Positions 1 to 10,160 of a stretch of DNA of 64,000 nt are shown here, in pieces. Origin of the DNA: Alphaproteobacteria bacterium (GTDB lineage: Bacteria; Pseudomonadota; Alphaproteobacteria; UBA828). Every line of letters starts with the position of its first letter. Positions within the stretch are counted from its first letter, which is position 1. The stretch lies in the NCBI GenBank assembly GCA_965214705.1, contig CBDCCI010000002.1:32001-96000 (forward strand), given 5' to 3'. The position numbers and the translations under genes are program-made. The notes below the pieces were generated by a model. That model did not search any database. It was not told where the DNA came from and worked only from the letters and a program-made list of their open reading frames with translations.

Positions 1-266
1 TTGACCATGACGGTATCGCGCGCGCTCTCGGCGATGAGTGCGTGCACCCTGGGGCGGAGGCGCGCGAGGTCTTCCCCGCCCAGCGCCAATGGCGGTCGGG
101 GATCGAGGCGCCCGTACCAGTGGGCTTGGCTGTCGCCCGCCGTGAGCTCGGACATCCGGTTGATGTCGAAGGGCGTGCGCGCGTTCCGCAGCAGGTTGTG
201 CAAGAAGGCGCGCAGCCACGTGTTGCCCGACTTGGGGTAGGAGGCCAGCCACAGGATACCGCTCAT
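1..266 (-). CDS. Sulfotransferase (Sulfotransfer_1 type), copy 1, runs off window start
   Basis: Minus strand reads ATG AGC GGT ATC CTG TGG CTG GCC TCC TAC CCC AAG (MSGILWLASYPKSGNTW), near-identical to 5254-6120 and 52665-53531. Confidence 0.9.
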   Translation of the reverse strand, partial: MSGILWLASYPKSGNTWLRAFLHNLLRNARTPFDINRMSELTAGDSQAHWYGRLDPRPPLALGGEDLARLRPRVHALIAESARDTVMV

Positions 267-421
267 GAATTATCGCAGAGAGACCGAACGCTTATTGCGC
301 CGGCAATGCCTTTCCAGGTGGCCACGCAGCGCAAGTCCAGCAATAGCTGAACGCATCCAAGTCGTCTCCGCTTTCCCGTCCTATCGCCTCAGCCGCGCGT
401 GCGGCCCGCTGGAATCCGGTC

Positions 422-451
422 AAAGAAAAGGGAGCGGCCGAAGCCGCTCCC
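422..451 (-). terminator. Rho-independent terminator after porin 1
   Basis: GGGAGCGGC-TTCG-GCCGCTCCC followed by TTTTCTTT on the minus strand. Confidence 0.85.
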
Positions 452-477
452 CACGCTTTTGACAACAATGCTCCAGA

Positions 478-1485
478 CTAGAAGTTGAGCATCGTCCCCA
501 GGAGGATCTGAGTGAAGTCGTTCGCGCCCTTCTCGCCCGCGCCGACCTGCAGCCCGAGATCGATTCCCGGTCCGAGATTGTAGTTGGCGTTGAAGGCCAC
601 GATGCTGCTGTCGGTAGTCTCATTGTCGCCGTACTGAACACCCAGCATCATGGGGCCGTCGGTCCAGGACATGCCGATATCGGAATGCGAGGTCGTGACA
701 CCACCGATTTCCTTGTCGTACACGGCACCGCCTAGCGCGATCTGGTCGATGCTGATCGAGGCCCCGTAGCGCAGGCCCGAGGGATCCTCACCGTCGCCCT
801 CGTTCGTATAGCCCTCGTAGCCAACATTGGCGCTGAAGCTGCCGCCCATGACGTCGACCGAATAGCTAAGGGCGGCAGAGACCCCCTCCGAGTTCTGCCC
901 CTCTTCGTCATTGGCCATTCCGGCATAGGAGTCTGTCGAATCCTCGGGCGCGTAGCTCGCGGCAAGAGAGATGCCGTTGAAGACCGGCGAGAAGTAGAGG
1001 ACCTTGAGAGCATCCTCGTTCATGATGTAACCAGGCCCACCGGGGCCCGAATTCCACATGCCGCCGATGCCGTTGAACCAAGGCGACTTGATGCCGCCGA
1101 TCGGCACGCTCGAGCCTGGCGCCCAGATGACCGTCTGCTGCGCGGCGCCTTCGATTGCGCCGACGTGCAGGGAACCGAAGCTACCCTTGAAATAGACTTC
1201 CTGCTCGTCGCTGTGTTCGTAGTCATTGGCGGTGAAACGTACTCTGACACCAGAGGTAATGCCGTTGTCCAGCGTGGCCTCTGCCCTGAGTTGCATCTCC
1301 ATGTTCTGGTTGATGCCATGCCCGCGATTATTGACACCATCCTCGTCATAGCCGATGGCGGCGATTGTGTAGTAGCCTCCAACCCCGACTTCCATCGGCA
1401 CCATCATGTCCTGAGCATGTGCGGCGGTGCCGGCCAATCCGCCTGCAGCCACGAGCGCCGTTGTCGCCAGAAGAACTCGCTTCAT
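478..1485 (-). CDS. Alphaproteobacterial porin, copy 1
   Basis: Signal peptide MKRVLLATTALVAAG, TLDNGIT motif, GSFGSLHVG, alternating beta-strands, C-terminal Phe (LGTMLNF). Confidence 0.9.
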   Translation of the reverse strand: MKRVLLATTALVAAGGLAGTAAHAQDMMVPMEVGVGGYYTIAAIGYDEDGVNNRGHGINQNMEMQLRAEATLDNGITSGVRVRFTANDYEHSDEQEVYFKGSFGSLHVGAIEGAAQQTVIWAPGSSVPIGGIKSPWFNGIGGMWNSGPGGPGYIMNEDALKVLYFSPVFNGISLAASYAPEDSTDSYAGMANDEEGQNSEGVSAALSYSVDVMGGSFSANVGYEGYTNEGDGEDPSGLRYGASISIDQIALGGAVYDKEIGGVTTSHSDIGMSWTDGPMMLGVQYGDNETTDSSIVAFNANYNLGPGIDLGLQVGAGEKGANDFTQILLGTMLNF

Positions 1486-1842
1486 GCTTCTGTCTCCCCT
1501 TTTTCAGTGGTCCAAAGCTCAGGGGTCTCACACCGCCCCTTAACCCGGACCGGTCCCAACCCACCGATAGCGAAGAATGAGGCACCCCGACCCCGTCGCG
1601 CAACCGAATTCATGACAGAATGTTAACGGTCGGTCGTTTTCCCCTCGCACTGTGACCAAAATGCCACGACCCTGCCTCGCCACGGTATCTTGGCCCTCGG
1701 ACCCGGCCCGAAGGCCCTGACCCAATCTCGCCCTCACGCCGCGTCCACGGACCGGCTCGATCCAGTGCCGTTTGCAGGGAGTGGCCCCCGTCAGCAGCCG
1801 CTTCCGACTACCGAAATGTAGCGATTCGCCTACTCGTACCGT

Positions 1843-1962
1843 CAGGAGTACGCTTACGTTGTAATCAATCCGCTTCCCCTGCGCTTACGGAAATTTGCGC
1901 GTATCCGGCGAGAGGGCGTCGAGATCAGATATTATAACGCTATAACAACGCCGTATAGAATT
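1843..1962 (+). promoter_or_regulatory. Conserved upstream block of porin 2, shared with porin 3
   Basis: TACGCTTACGTTGTAATCAATCCGCTT...TGCGCTTACGGA and an AT-rich TATTA..TAACAACGC.GTA.AGAAT box recur at ~51302-51428. Confidence 0.55.
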
Positions 1963-2998
1963 GCTCCCAAAATGCCGCTCGCGAAGCATGAAGCGAGTTC
2001 TTTTGGGAACTACGGCACTCGTGGCCGCCAGCCTTCTGGTCACCAGCGTTGCCTACGCTGACGAGGAGGAGATGGCCGAAGAAGAGATGATGATGGAAGA
2101 GGAGATGATGGAGCCGGCCGGGCCGATCAGCGTAGGCGTGGGCGGCTACTACACCATCGCCGCCATCGGCTACGACCAGGACGGTGTCAATGATCGCGGC
2201 CACGGCATCAACCAGAACATGGAGATGCAGATCGCGGGCTCGACTACCCTCGACAATGGCATCACTGTTGGCGTCAGGGTCCGCTTCACCGCCAACGACT
2301 ACGAACACAGCGACGAGCAGGAAGTCACCTTTAGCGGCGGCTTCGGCTCCCTGCACGTCGGCGCAATCGAAGGCGCCGCGCAGCAGACGGTCGTCTGGGC
2401 GCCGGGCGGGACCGTGCCGATCGGTGGCATCAAGTCGCCGTGGTTCCAAGGAATTGGCGGCATGTGGACGACGAACGACATCATGAACGAGGATGCGCTC
2501 AAGGTTGTCTACTTCTCGCCGAGCTTCAACGGCATCTCCCTTGCCGCGAGCTACGCGCCTGAAAATTCAACGGACTCCTATGCCGGAAGGAGCGATACCG
2601 ACGCGGGGCAGAACTCGGAGGGGGTCGCTGCCGCCCTTAGCTACACGGTTGACGTCATGGGCGGCAGCTTCAGCGCCAATGTCGGCTATGAGGGCTATAC
2701 GAACGAGGGCGGCGGTGAGGATCCCGAGGGCTTGCGCTACGGGGCCTCGGTTAGCATCGACCAGATCGCGCTCGGCGGTGCCGTGTACGATCAGGAAATC
2801 GGCGGAGTCACGACCTCGAAGTCCGATATCGGCGTGTCCTGGACCGACGGTCCCATGATGCTGGGCGTTCAGTACGGCGACAACGAGATGACTAACAGCA
2901 ACATCGTGGCCTTCAATGCCAACTACAATCTCGGACCGGGAATCGATCTCGGGCTGCAGGTCGGCGCGGGCGAGAAGGGCATGGACGATTTCACTCAG

Positions 2999-5158
2999 CC
3001 CAAGTTGGCACTTTTCCGCTGCCTGTGTTCCCTATTGGTTTGATTCAACGCGATATTTTTCTCGGTCGATTCCAACATGGCCCCACATTTTGTGAGATTC
3101 TGTCAGCTCATCAGACGGGTCCTCGTGCGGTGGATGGCGGGGTCCACGCCCGCCGCCGAGGAGATTGCGGCAACCTCGGCGGCCGGGCGCGTGTCCTGGC
3201 GGTTGACGATCAAGGTGCCGTCGGTCTGGCGCAGGCGCGTGGTGATCCGCACCCAGGTCCGCATGCTCTCGCGGATCGACGCCCAGCACTTGTGGATGCC
3301 GCGCGCGGCCAGCCGGGTACGGATCAGATGCACGGCGTGGTAGGCCAGCACGGCGATCAGCAGGTGGGCCGCGATGCGCCGGTCGAGCTGGTGCCAGATC
3401 GGGCGAAGGCCGAGCTCGGATTTCAGGCTCCGGAATGTCGCCTCGATATCCGTGATCCGCCAGTACGTCCGCAGGACCGTCTCGATGTCCCAGTCGACGT
3501 GGCTGGTGCGCAGCACATAGGCACCGGCGCCCTCATCGGCCTCGTCGTATCGCGGCCTGCGCTTGAAGCGCACGGCGGTGGCATTGGGGCCGGTTTTCGC
3601 CCTCTCGACCGTGATCTCGTAGTGCCTGGCGACGGCGGAGAAGCGCTGCTTGAGGCGGCCTATGCTCTCCAGCACCTTGTCGTAGCGCTTGAGGCGGCCC
3701 TTGACCGCAAGGCCGCCGTGGAGCCTTTCCAGCGCCGCCTCGAAGCGGTTCCGCCTCAGGCCGATGATCGCGTTCTCGGCCTTCTTCTTGCCCTCGCTGA
3801 CGACGTAGAGCCGCGCCTCGCCGTCCTCGCTGGCAAGCCGCCAGGCCCGCACCTCGTGGCGCGCGCTGGTGATCAGCAGGGCCTCGGGTCCGCCCTCGGG
3901 CGGCGCAGGCCTGGCACCGCGGCTGACCGCGATCCAGTCGTAGCCCTGCTCGCCCAGCCACGCGATGTTTTTCTCGGTGGCGATGCCCGCGTCCATGACC
4001 ACCGTGGGCTTCGGCGCCGTGCCGCCGCACACCGCCTCGAGCCGCGCCAGCGCCTCGTGCAGCGTGCCCGGCTCGCTCACGTTGCCCGGCAGGATCTCGC
4101 AACTGCGCGGGAAGCCCGCGCCGTCGAGCGCCAGCGCCAGCGTGATGAGGGGACAGTCGTCGCGCTTCTGCTTGGAGCGCCCGAACCTGGGAAGCTCGCC
4201 GCCCGTGTGGCCGTGGTAGTGGACGTTGGTGAGATCGTAGAAGGCGATCGTCTCGGGCAGGTCGAGCAGTGCGCGCTCACGGTTGAACAGCTCCCGCTGG
4301 ATGGCGGCGCGGTGGCGCCAGAGCAGGTCGCCGATGCGGTAGAGCGTCTTGCGCCGCAGCGCCTTGCGGTCGCCCTCCAGGCCCAGGAGCTCGGCGGCCG
4401 CGCTGTCGTGGCGGAGCCAGCGGCTGGTATCACGCTCGCTGGCGGGATGGACCATCCTGGCGACGATCAGCGCGCTGGCGATGCGCCCGTCGCGGCCCTT
4501 GATGTCGAGGCCGTGGAGGATTTCGGCGAAGCCGAGGGCGTCGAGGGCCTTGAGGCACAGGCGCTCGCAGCCGACCGTGCGCGGGTTCTCGTGCTCCAGG
4601 GTATCGAGGTCGACGGTGGCGATGTCGGGCTTGCGCGCCTCTTCCTGCATCGCCTCGACGCGGAACCCCCTGGCCCTGAGCTTGGCGACGATGTCCTCGG
4701 CTGCGGCCCGCACATCCGCCTCGCCCTCGAACAGCGGCGGCTTGCCGTGAAGCAGCGCCTCGGCGAGTTCGGTGACGGCCTTCCACTTCTCGCGCGGCAC
4801 CGGATAGTCGGTGCCGAGATTGAGCAGCGTCCTGTGGCGCACCTTGTCGCCGACGCGCTGGGCGAGCACGAGGCGATGGCTTCGGACCGGCTGGCCGGCC
4901 TTGTCGGTGTGTGTCCTGGTTGCCTTGATGTACATGGCGGCGCCGTTTCTGCGATGCCTGTTTCGCATACACGGCGTTCGCGGCATCTGGCAAGAGGGAT
5001 ATCGACTCAACTCCAAAGTCCTGGCCCCACAATTGGCTTCCAGGACCACGAATGGCAAATGTGGGTCTCAGGTGTCCTCCAACCCCAACATCTAGTGGTT
5101 CAGCGCCGCAAAACTGGCTCGAACAGGCTCGGCTGGTCGGAAAAAGTGCCAACTTGGG
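2999..5158 (-). mobile_element. IS1634-family insertion sequence
   Basis: Terminal IR CCCAAGTTGGCACTTTT(T)CCG; 4-bp target duplication TCAG (2995-2998, 5159-5162). Confidence 0.9.
3103..4935 (-). CDS. IS1634-family DDE transposase
   Basis: FYDLTN, FGRSKQKRDDCP, VVMDAG, IEATFRSLKSELGLRPIWHQ motifs. Confidence 0.88.
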   Translation of the reverse strand: MYIKATRTHTDKAGQPVRSHRLVLAQRVGDKVRHRTLLNLGTDYPVPREKWKAVTELAEALLHGKPPLFEGEADVRAAAEDIVAKLRARGFRVEAMQEEARKPDIATVDLDTLEHENPRTVGCERLCLKALDALGFAEILHGLDIKGRDGRIASALIVARMVHPASERDTSRWLRHDSAAAELLGLEGDRKALRRKTLYRIGDLLWRHRAAIQRELFNRERALLDLPETIAFYDLTNVHYHGHTGGELPRFGRSKQKRDDCPLITLALALDGAGFPRSCEILPGNVSEPGTLHEALARLEAVCGGTAPKPTVVMDAGIATEKNIAWLGEQGYDWIAVSRGARPAPPEGGPEALLITSARHEVRAWRLASEDGEARLYVVSEGKKKAENAIIGLRRNRFEAALERLHGGLAVKGRLKRYDKVLESIGRLKQRFSAVARHYEITVERAKTGPNATAVRFKRRPRYDEADEGAGAYVLRTSHVDWDIETVLRTYWRITDIEATFRSLKSELGLRPIWHQLDRRIAAHLLIAVLAYHAVHLIRTRLAARGIHKCWASIRESMRTWVRITTRLRQTDGTLIVNRQDTRPAAEVAAISSAAGVDPAIHRTRTRLMS

Positions 5159-5218
5159 TCAGGTCCTTCTGGGGACGATGCTCAACTTCTAGTCTGGAGC
5201 ATTGTCGTCAAAAGCGTG

Positions 5219-5248
5219 GGGAGCGGCTTCGGCCGCTCCCTTCTCTTT
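5219..5248 (+). terminator. Rho-independent terminator after porin 2
   Basis: GGGAGCGGC-TTCG-GCCGCTCCC-TTCTCTTT. Confidence 0.8.
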
Positions 5249-5253
5249 GGCCC

Positions 5254-6120
5254 ATGAGCGGGATCCTGTGGCTCGCCTCCTACCCCAAGTCGGGCAACAC
5301 TTGGTTGCGTGCCTTCTTGCACAACCTGCTGCGGAACGCGCGCACGCCCTTCGACATCAACCGTATGTCCGAGCTCACGGCGGGCGACAGCCAAGCGCGC
5401 TGGTACAAGCGCCTCGATCCCCGACCGCCAGTGGCGCTGAATACGGAGGACCTCGCACGTCTCAGGCCCAGGGTGCACGCACTCATCGCGGAGAGAGCGC
5501 GCGATACCGTCATGGTCAAGACCCACAACGCCCTCGTCGAGGCCGATGGCGTGCCCATGATTACCCAGTCGCTCACGGCAGGGGCGATCTATGTCGTGCG
5601 CAACCCGCTCGACGTGGTCGTCTCCTACGCCCACCACCTGGGCCAGCCGACGGACGACGTCATCACGCTCATGGAGACTAGGGGATTCCATTCGCCCGCG
5701 ACCGCGGACCAAGTGCCTGAGCACCACAGCGACTGGTCCACCCATGTCGAGAGTTGGACCGCCAGCTCGCATCCGCAGCTCCACGTTGTGCGCTACGAAG
5801 ACATGAGTCGCCGGCCCGGCCCGACTTTTCGGACCATCGCGGCCTTCCTCGGCCTCAAGCCGCCGCGCGAGCGCCTGGAGCGGGCGATGCGGCACTCGTC
5901 CTTCCGCTCACTGCGCGCGCAGGAAGACCGCGTCGGCTTTATCGAGCGCACCCCGTCGCAGGACCGGTTCTTCCGGACCGGCAAGATGGGCGGCTGGCGG
6001 GAGGTGCTGGACGACGCACAGGTCCGCCGCGTGGTAGAGCGTCACCGCACCCAAATGGAGCGCTTCGGCTACTTGCCCTCCGGCTACGAGGGTACGGGTG
6101 AACGCAATACCGGCCGATGA
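5254..6120 (+). CDS. Sulfotransferase, copy 2 (288 aa)
   Basis: 5'-PSB loop SYPKSGNTW, VKTH, 3'-PB motif YVVRNPLDVVVSY, C-terminal FFRTGKMGGW. Confidence 0.9.
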   Translation: MSGILWLASYPKSGNTWLRAFLHNLLRNARTPFDINRMSELTAGDSQARWYKRLDPRPPVALNTEDLARLRPRVHALIAERARDTVMVKTHNALVEADGVPMITQSLTAGAIYVVRNPLDVVVSYAHHLGQPTDDVITLMETRGFHSPATADQVPEHHSDWSTHVESWTASSHPQLHVVRYEDMSRRPGPTFRTIAAFLGLKPPRERLERAMRHSSFRSLRAQEDRVGFIERTPSQDRFFRTGKMGGWREVLDDAQVRRVVERHRTQMERFGYLPSGYEGTGERNTGR

Positions 6121-6345
6121 GCAAAGACGCTGGCTGAGCGCCGCTTAAGGCGGACACGCGTCTCGACGCGCCGCAGCGTGACGTCCGCTTCACGCGAGAG
6201 GCTCATGTAACTTTCGGCTTACTTCCGTTGTTCAAGCAGCTCGGTAAGGAGTCGAACGTGATGATATGGGTCTGCCGCAAGACGTTCTACGATCATTGCC
6301 TCAACAAATGATCCTCCGCTGTCGCCATCGCGTTCTCCCAACTAG

Positions 6346-7993
6346 CCCGAATTTCTCACGAGCGGGAGGTGCATCGGGGCTCTGAACGTGAGAAAGAGCT
6401 TCTGCGACAAAGACCTAATCAGTTGCAGAGGAGCTCCCCGATGCCCGCAGAGTGTACCCCGCCTACGATGCAGTTTGAACGCCTCGATGGCCGCGCCGTG
6501 GTGGCCGACTTCGGCGGCGGCGTGATGACCTCGGACGCGGGCGCCTTGCTGCTGGGCGCCACGGACCGGGCGATCGGACTGGTGGATCGCTTCGCTGCCT
6601 GCTTCTCGGACGGGCGCGCGGGCGCTCGTGTGGTGCACGACGTCACCACCCTGGTGGGCCAGCGGGTGTTCGGCATCGCGTTGGGCTACGAGGACTTGAT
6701 CGACCACGACGCACTGCGCCACGACCCTGTGCTGGGTGTGGTGCTGGGGCGTCTGGAGGCCAAGCGGGCGGGCTGTGCGCCGCTTGCCGGCAAGTCGACG
6801 CTGAACCGTCTGGAGCACGCGCCCGCAGGTGCCCATCGCTATCGCCGGATCGGTCATGAGCCGGACGCCATCGAGACGCTCTTCGTCGATCTCTTCCTCG
6901 ACGCCCACGGGCAAGCCCCTGAGCGGTTGATCCTCGATCTGGACGCCACCGACGACCCGCTTCACGGTCATCAGGAAGGCCGCTTCTTCCACGGCTATTA
7001 CGACTGCTACTGCTATCTGCCGCTCTACGTCTTCTGCGGCGATCACCTGCTGGCGGCGAAGCTGAGGCGCTCCGACATCGACGCCAGCGCCGGCGCGACA
7101 GAGGAGGTGGCGCGTATCGTCGCGCGCATCCGGAAGCGCTGGCCAGAGGTGGCGATCGTGCTGCGCGCAGACTCTGGCTTCGCCCGCGAGGGGCTGATGG
7201 CCTGGTGCGAGGCGAACGGCGTGGACTATGTCTTCGGGCTCGCACGGAACCCGCGCCTGGTCGAGCGTATCGATGCCGACCTCGCCGGGGCCGAGCGCGA
7301 GGCCTGCCTTAGCGGCCAGACGACACGGCGCTTCGCCGACTTCCCCTGGACCACGCGCAAGAGCTGGAGCCGCGAACGCCGCGTCGTCGCCAAAGCCGAG
7401 TGGATGCCGGGCCGGGGCACCAACCCTCGCTTCGTCGTCACCTCGCTGAGCACGGCTGCCTTCGACCGGCGGGAGCTCTACGAGACCCTCTACTGCGCAC
7501 GCGGCGACATGGAGAACCGCATCAAGGAGTGTCAGCTCGACCTCTTCGCAGACCGCACCTCGGCTCAGACCATGCGCGCCAACCAGCTCCGCCTCTGGTT
7601 CGCCGCCATGGCCTACGTGCTGCTCGCAGCGCTCAGGCGCATCGCGCTCCCCCACACCCGCCTCGCCAGAGCCACCTGCGGCTCGATCCGCCTCAAGCTG
7701 CTGAAGATCGGCGCCCAGGTCCGCCTCAGTACCCGCCGCATCCGCATCGCCATGGCCTCAGGCGCACCCCACGCGCCCGAGTTCACACGCGCCCACGCCC
7801 GATTATGCAACTGACCTGAGACCCAGGACCCCACAACCCTCCCGCCAACAACGATGAACCCGCTCCAGACTCAACCGCGCCCCCGGCGCCACCGCCACTC
7901 CTGCGCCATGGCCCAGAAGGCGCCGCCAGGCCAACCAGAAAACCCCCGAAGCCAACCAAACACCCATCGCAGCCCACTCGTGAGAAATGCGGG
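6346..7993 (+). mobile_element. IS1380-family insertion sequence
   Basis: IR CCCG(A/C)ATTTCTCACGAG; CTAG on both sides (6342-6345, 7994-7997). Confidence 0.88.
6441..7814 (+). CDS. IS1380-family transposase
   Basis: FGGGVMTSDAG, LDLDATDDPLHGHQEG, RADSGF, YCARGDMENRIKE. Confidence 0.92.
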   Translation: MPAECTPPTMQFERLDGRAVVADFGGGVMTSDAGALLLGATDRAIGLVDRFAACFSDGRAGARVVHDVTTLVGQRVFGIALGYEDLIDHDALRHDPVLGVVLGRLEAKRAGCAPLAGKSTLNRLEHAPAGAHRYRRIGHEPDAIETLFVDLFLDAHGQAPERLILDLDATDDPLHGHQEGRFFHGYYDCYCYLPLYVFCGDHLLAAKLRRSDIDASAGATEEVARIVARIRKRWPEVAIVLRADSGFAREGLMAWCEANGVDYVFGLARNPRLVERIDADLAGAEREACLSGQTTRRFADFPWTTRKSWSRERRVVAKAEWMPGRGTNPRFVVTSLSTAAFDRRELYETLYCARGDMENRIKECQLDLFADRTSAQTMRANQLRLWFAAMAYVLLAALRRIALPHTRLARATCGSIRLKLLKIGAQVRLSTRRIRIAMASGAPHAPEFTRAHARLCN

Positions 7994-8911
7994 CTAGGGA
8001 TGGTGGATAGAACGAGGCCTGCAGGCCCGATGGCGACACTTTCTATCTGATTCAGCCAGGACGGCGCGACGCGAGTGCCGACGAACTTCGCAGCCAGGCC
8101 GTCGTGCCGTCGGGTGTGGGTTGGAAATCCCTGAATCGCCCTCTTGGTCAACCCCAGGCACGCAGAAATGCGCCAATCCGATGGTGTAAGAAAAATCTCA
8201 GATCTTCCGAAGCCCTTGCTCGCCAAGGGCTTCGCGACAGCGCACATGACTCACCGCGGACGCCGGCGAGTCGTTAGACTAAGGGACGGATCACGAGCGG
8301 GGACGTCTTGGGTGTTCCCCGCCGGCGCTAGGCGCTTAGTTGAGGTTCCTCACGTTCCCCTTGCCGACCAGTCTTTGCAGAAATTTACTGCCCTTCCGAT
8401 CCCCACTAACCATTCTTGAGCGGACCAACTTGCCTTTGTCGGAATATTCCCAGCAGCCCTTGCCCCATTCTGGATTCGTCCATTTGCTGCAAATCGCGTC
8501 GCCCTTTATTTTCCATATTCCAGTGACCCGATAACTCCAGCCTTCTCCCCATCCTTTGCCGACCGCCGATCCATCAGGATTAAGGTAGTACAAAACGTGC
8601 CATGGTTAAGGGTTGGGCAGGCTCTCTCTCGAGAGCCTGCCCAACCCTTTTGAACGAAGCCGCGGGCCACGAGAGGCGAAGTTGAGCTATGTGGAAAGTG
8701 CGCTGATGTCAGCGTCAGGCGGCATCCACCGGCAGCAGAGTTGCGCATAAAATCGACGCTCGCGCCGGTCTTTCGGCAGGCATGCGGGCGCACGCTGCGA
8801 GGACTGAGCGGGGTGTGAGCCGAGGGCTGTCAGCCCGGCTCAAGCGGAGACAGGTTCGGTCGTGCGTCGGCGCTTTGGCGCCGTTGCGCGGGGCCGAAGC
8901 GAGCGGGCGTC

Positions 8912-10154
8912 TCACGGTTTCCCCCTGTGGGTCGGCGGCAGCGCCGGCGGGCCGCGCGTCGAGCGGGGCTCATGGCGGCGGCGGATTTCGCGGACGAGGC
9001 GCATGACGCCGCCGCAGTGGGGGCAGGCCACGGGCGCGGTGCCGATCTCGGGCTCTTCGTCGGGCTCGGCCCGAGCGCCGTCCACGCTTCCCTCGGGGGC
9101 GGCGCAGCCGAGGGCGCCGAGAGCCTGGCGTGCTCTCTCCAGCGTGCTGGCGCGGCAGCCGTTGGCGAGGATGCCGAAGTAGCGAATGCGGTGCATGCCG
9201 TCCGGCAGGACGTGCCTCAGGAAGCGGCGGATGAACTCGTCGGCGCTCACGGTGGCGATGCCGTAGCGCGGCTTTCTCTGCCCCGGCGCCTTGGGCTTTC
9301 GGTGGCGGAAGGAGACCGTCTCGCCGTCGAAGGAGACGATGCGGCTGTCGGAGATGGCGATCCTGTGCGTGTAGTGCGAGAGGTACCGGAAGACCTGCTC
9401 AGGCCCGCGGAAGGGCCGCTTGGCGTAGACCACCCAGTCCCTGGCCCGGGCGGCGGCAAGCGTGGCGTGGAACTCGCCGGGATTGGCGAGGTGGGCGAGG
9501 GTGCCGTGGAACTCCAGGTCCCCCCCGGCCGTGGGCGCGGGCGAGCTCCTCGAGGAAGAGGCGGCGGAACAGGCTGCCGAGGACCTTGACGGGGGCGAGG
9601 AAGGTGGTGCTCCCCGTCTTCCACTCGCCACTGTCTACGTCGAAGCCCGCGTTGGGCACGACCACGTGCAGGTGCGGGTGGAAGCGGAGCTTCTGATCCC
9701 AGGTATGGAGGACCGCGGTGCCGCCGATGCGCATGCCGCCGTGGCGGGGATCGGCGGCGATGGTGCGCAGGGTCTCGGCGACGGCCCGGAAGAGGATGTC
9801 GAACACCACCCTGCGGTTGCAGAAGGCAATGGCGGCAACCTCCTTGGGCAGGGTGAAGACCACATGGAAGTAGGGCACCGGCAGGATGTCCCCGGCGCGC
9901 TCCTCGCTCCAGAGGTTGGCGGCGAGACCCTGGCAGGTGGGGCAGTGGCGGTTGCGGCAGGAGTTGAAGAGCGGATGCTCGCGCCCGCAGCCCTCGCAGG
10001 CGTACATGTGGCCGCCGAGCACGGCGGTGCGGCACGCCTCGATGGCGCCCATGACCTTGAGCCGGGCGGCGTCGATGCGCCCTTTGTGGCGCTCACGGAA
10101 AGCGGCGCCGGCGCGGCGGAAGATCTCCGCCACGCCCGCGCGTTCGGCCTCCAC
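8912..10154 (-). pseudogene. IS91-family (HUH/Y2) transposase with Zn-binding domain, +1 frameshift
   Basis: NSCRNRHCPTCQ, YFHVVFTLP, LHTW, HPHLH, YLSHYTHRIAIS, FIRRFLRHVLP, RIRYFG; frame changes at a G7 run (9520-9526). Confidence 0.88.
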
Positions 10155-10160
10155 GCGCCG

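Larger units (their letters stand above)
1988..5192 (+). pseudogene. Porin copy 2, interrupted by IS1634 nine codons before its end
   Basis: ORF to ...GMDDFTQ at 2998; the rest, GTC CTT CTG GGG ACG ATG CTC AAC TTC TAG (VLLGTMLNF*), resumes at 5163-5192. Confidence 0.92.

Noticed and set aside
3025-6120. 1031-aa ORF as a fused sulfotransferase
   Set aside because: The first ~740 codons are antisense to the IS1634 transposase and cross a terminator; the paralogues start at MSGILW.
6342-7655. Long antisense ORFs over transposases (also 22750-24081, 26623-27663, 42884-43981)
   Set aside because: Typical high-GC shadow ORFs opposite well-supported genes.
8608-8649. Integron attC site
   Set aside because: Perfect stem without extrahelical bases or RYYYAAC/GTTRRRY boxes, no cassette array, and the recombinase shows no evident IntI-specific insertion.
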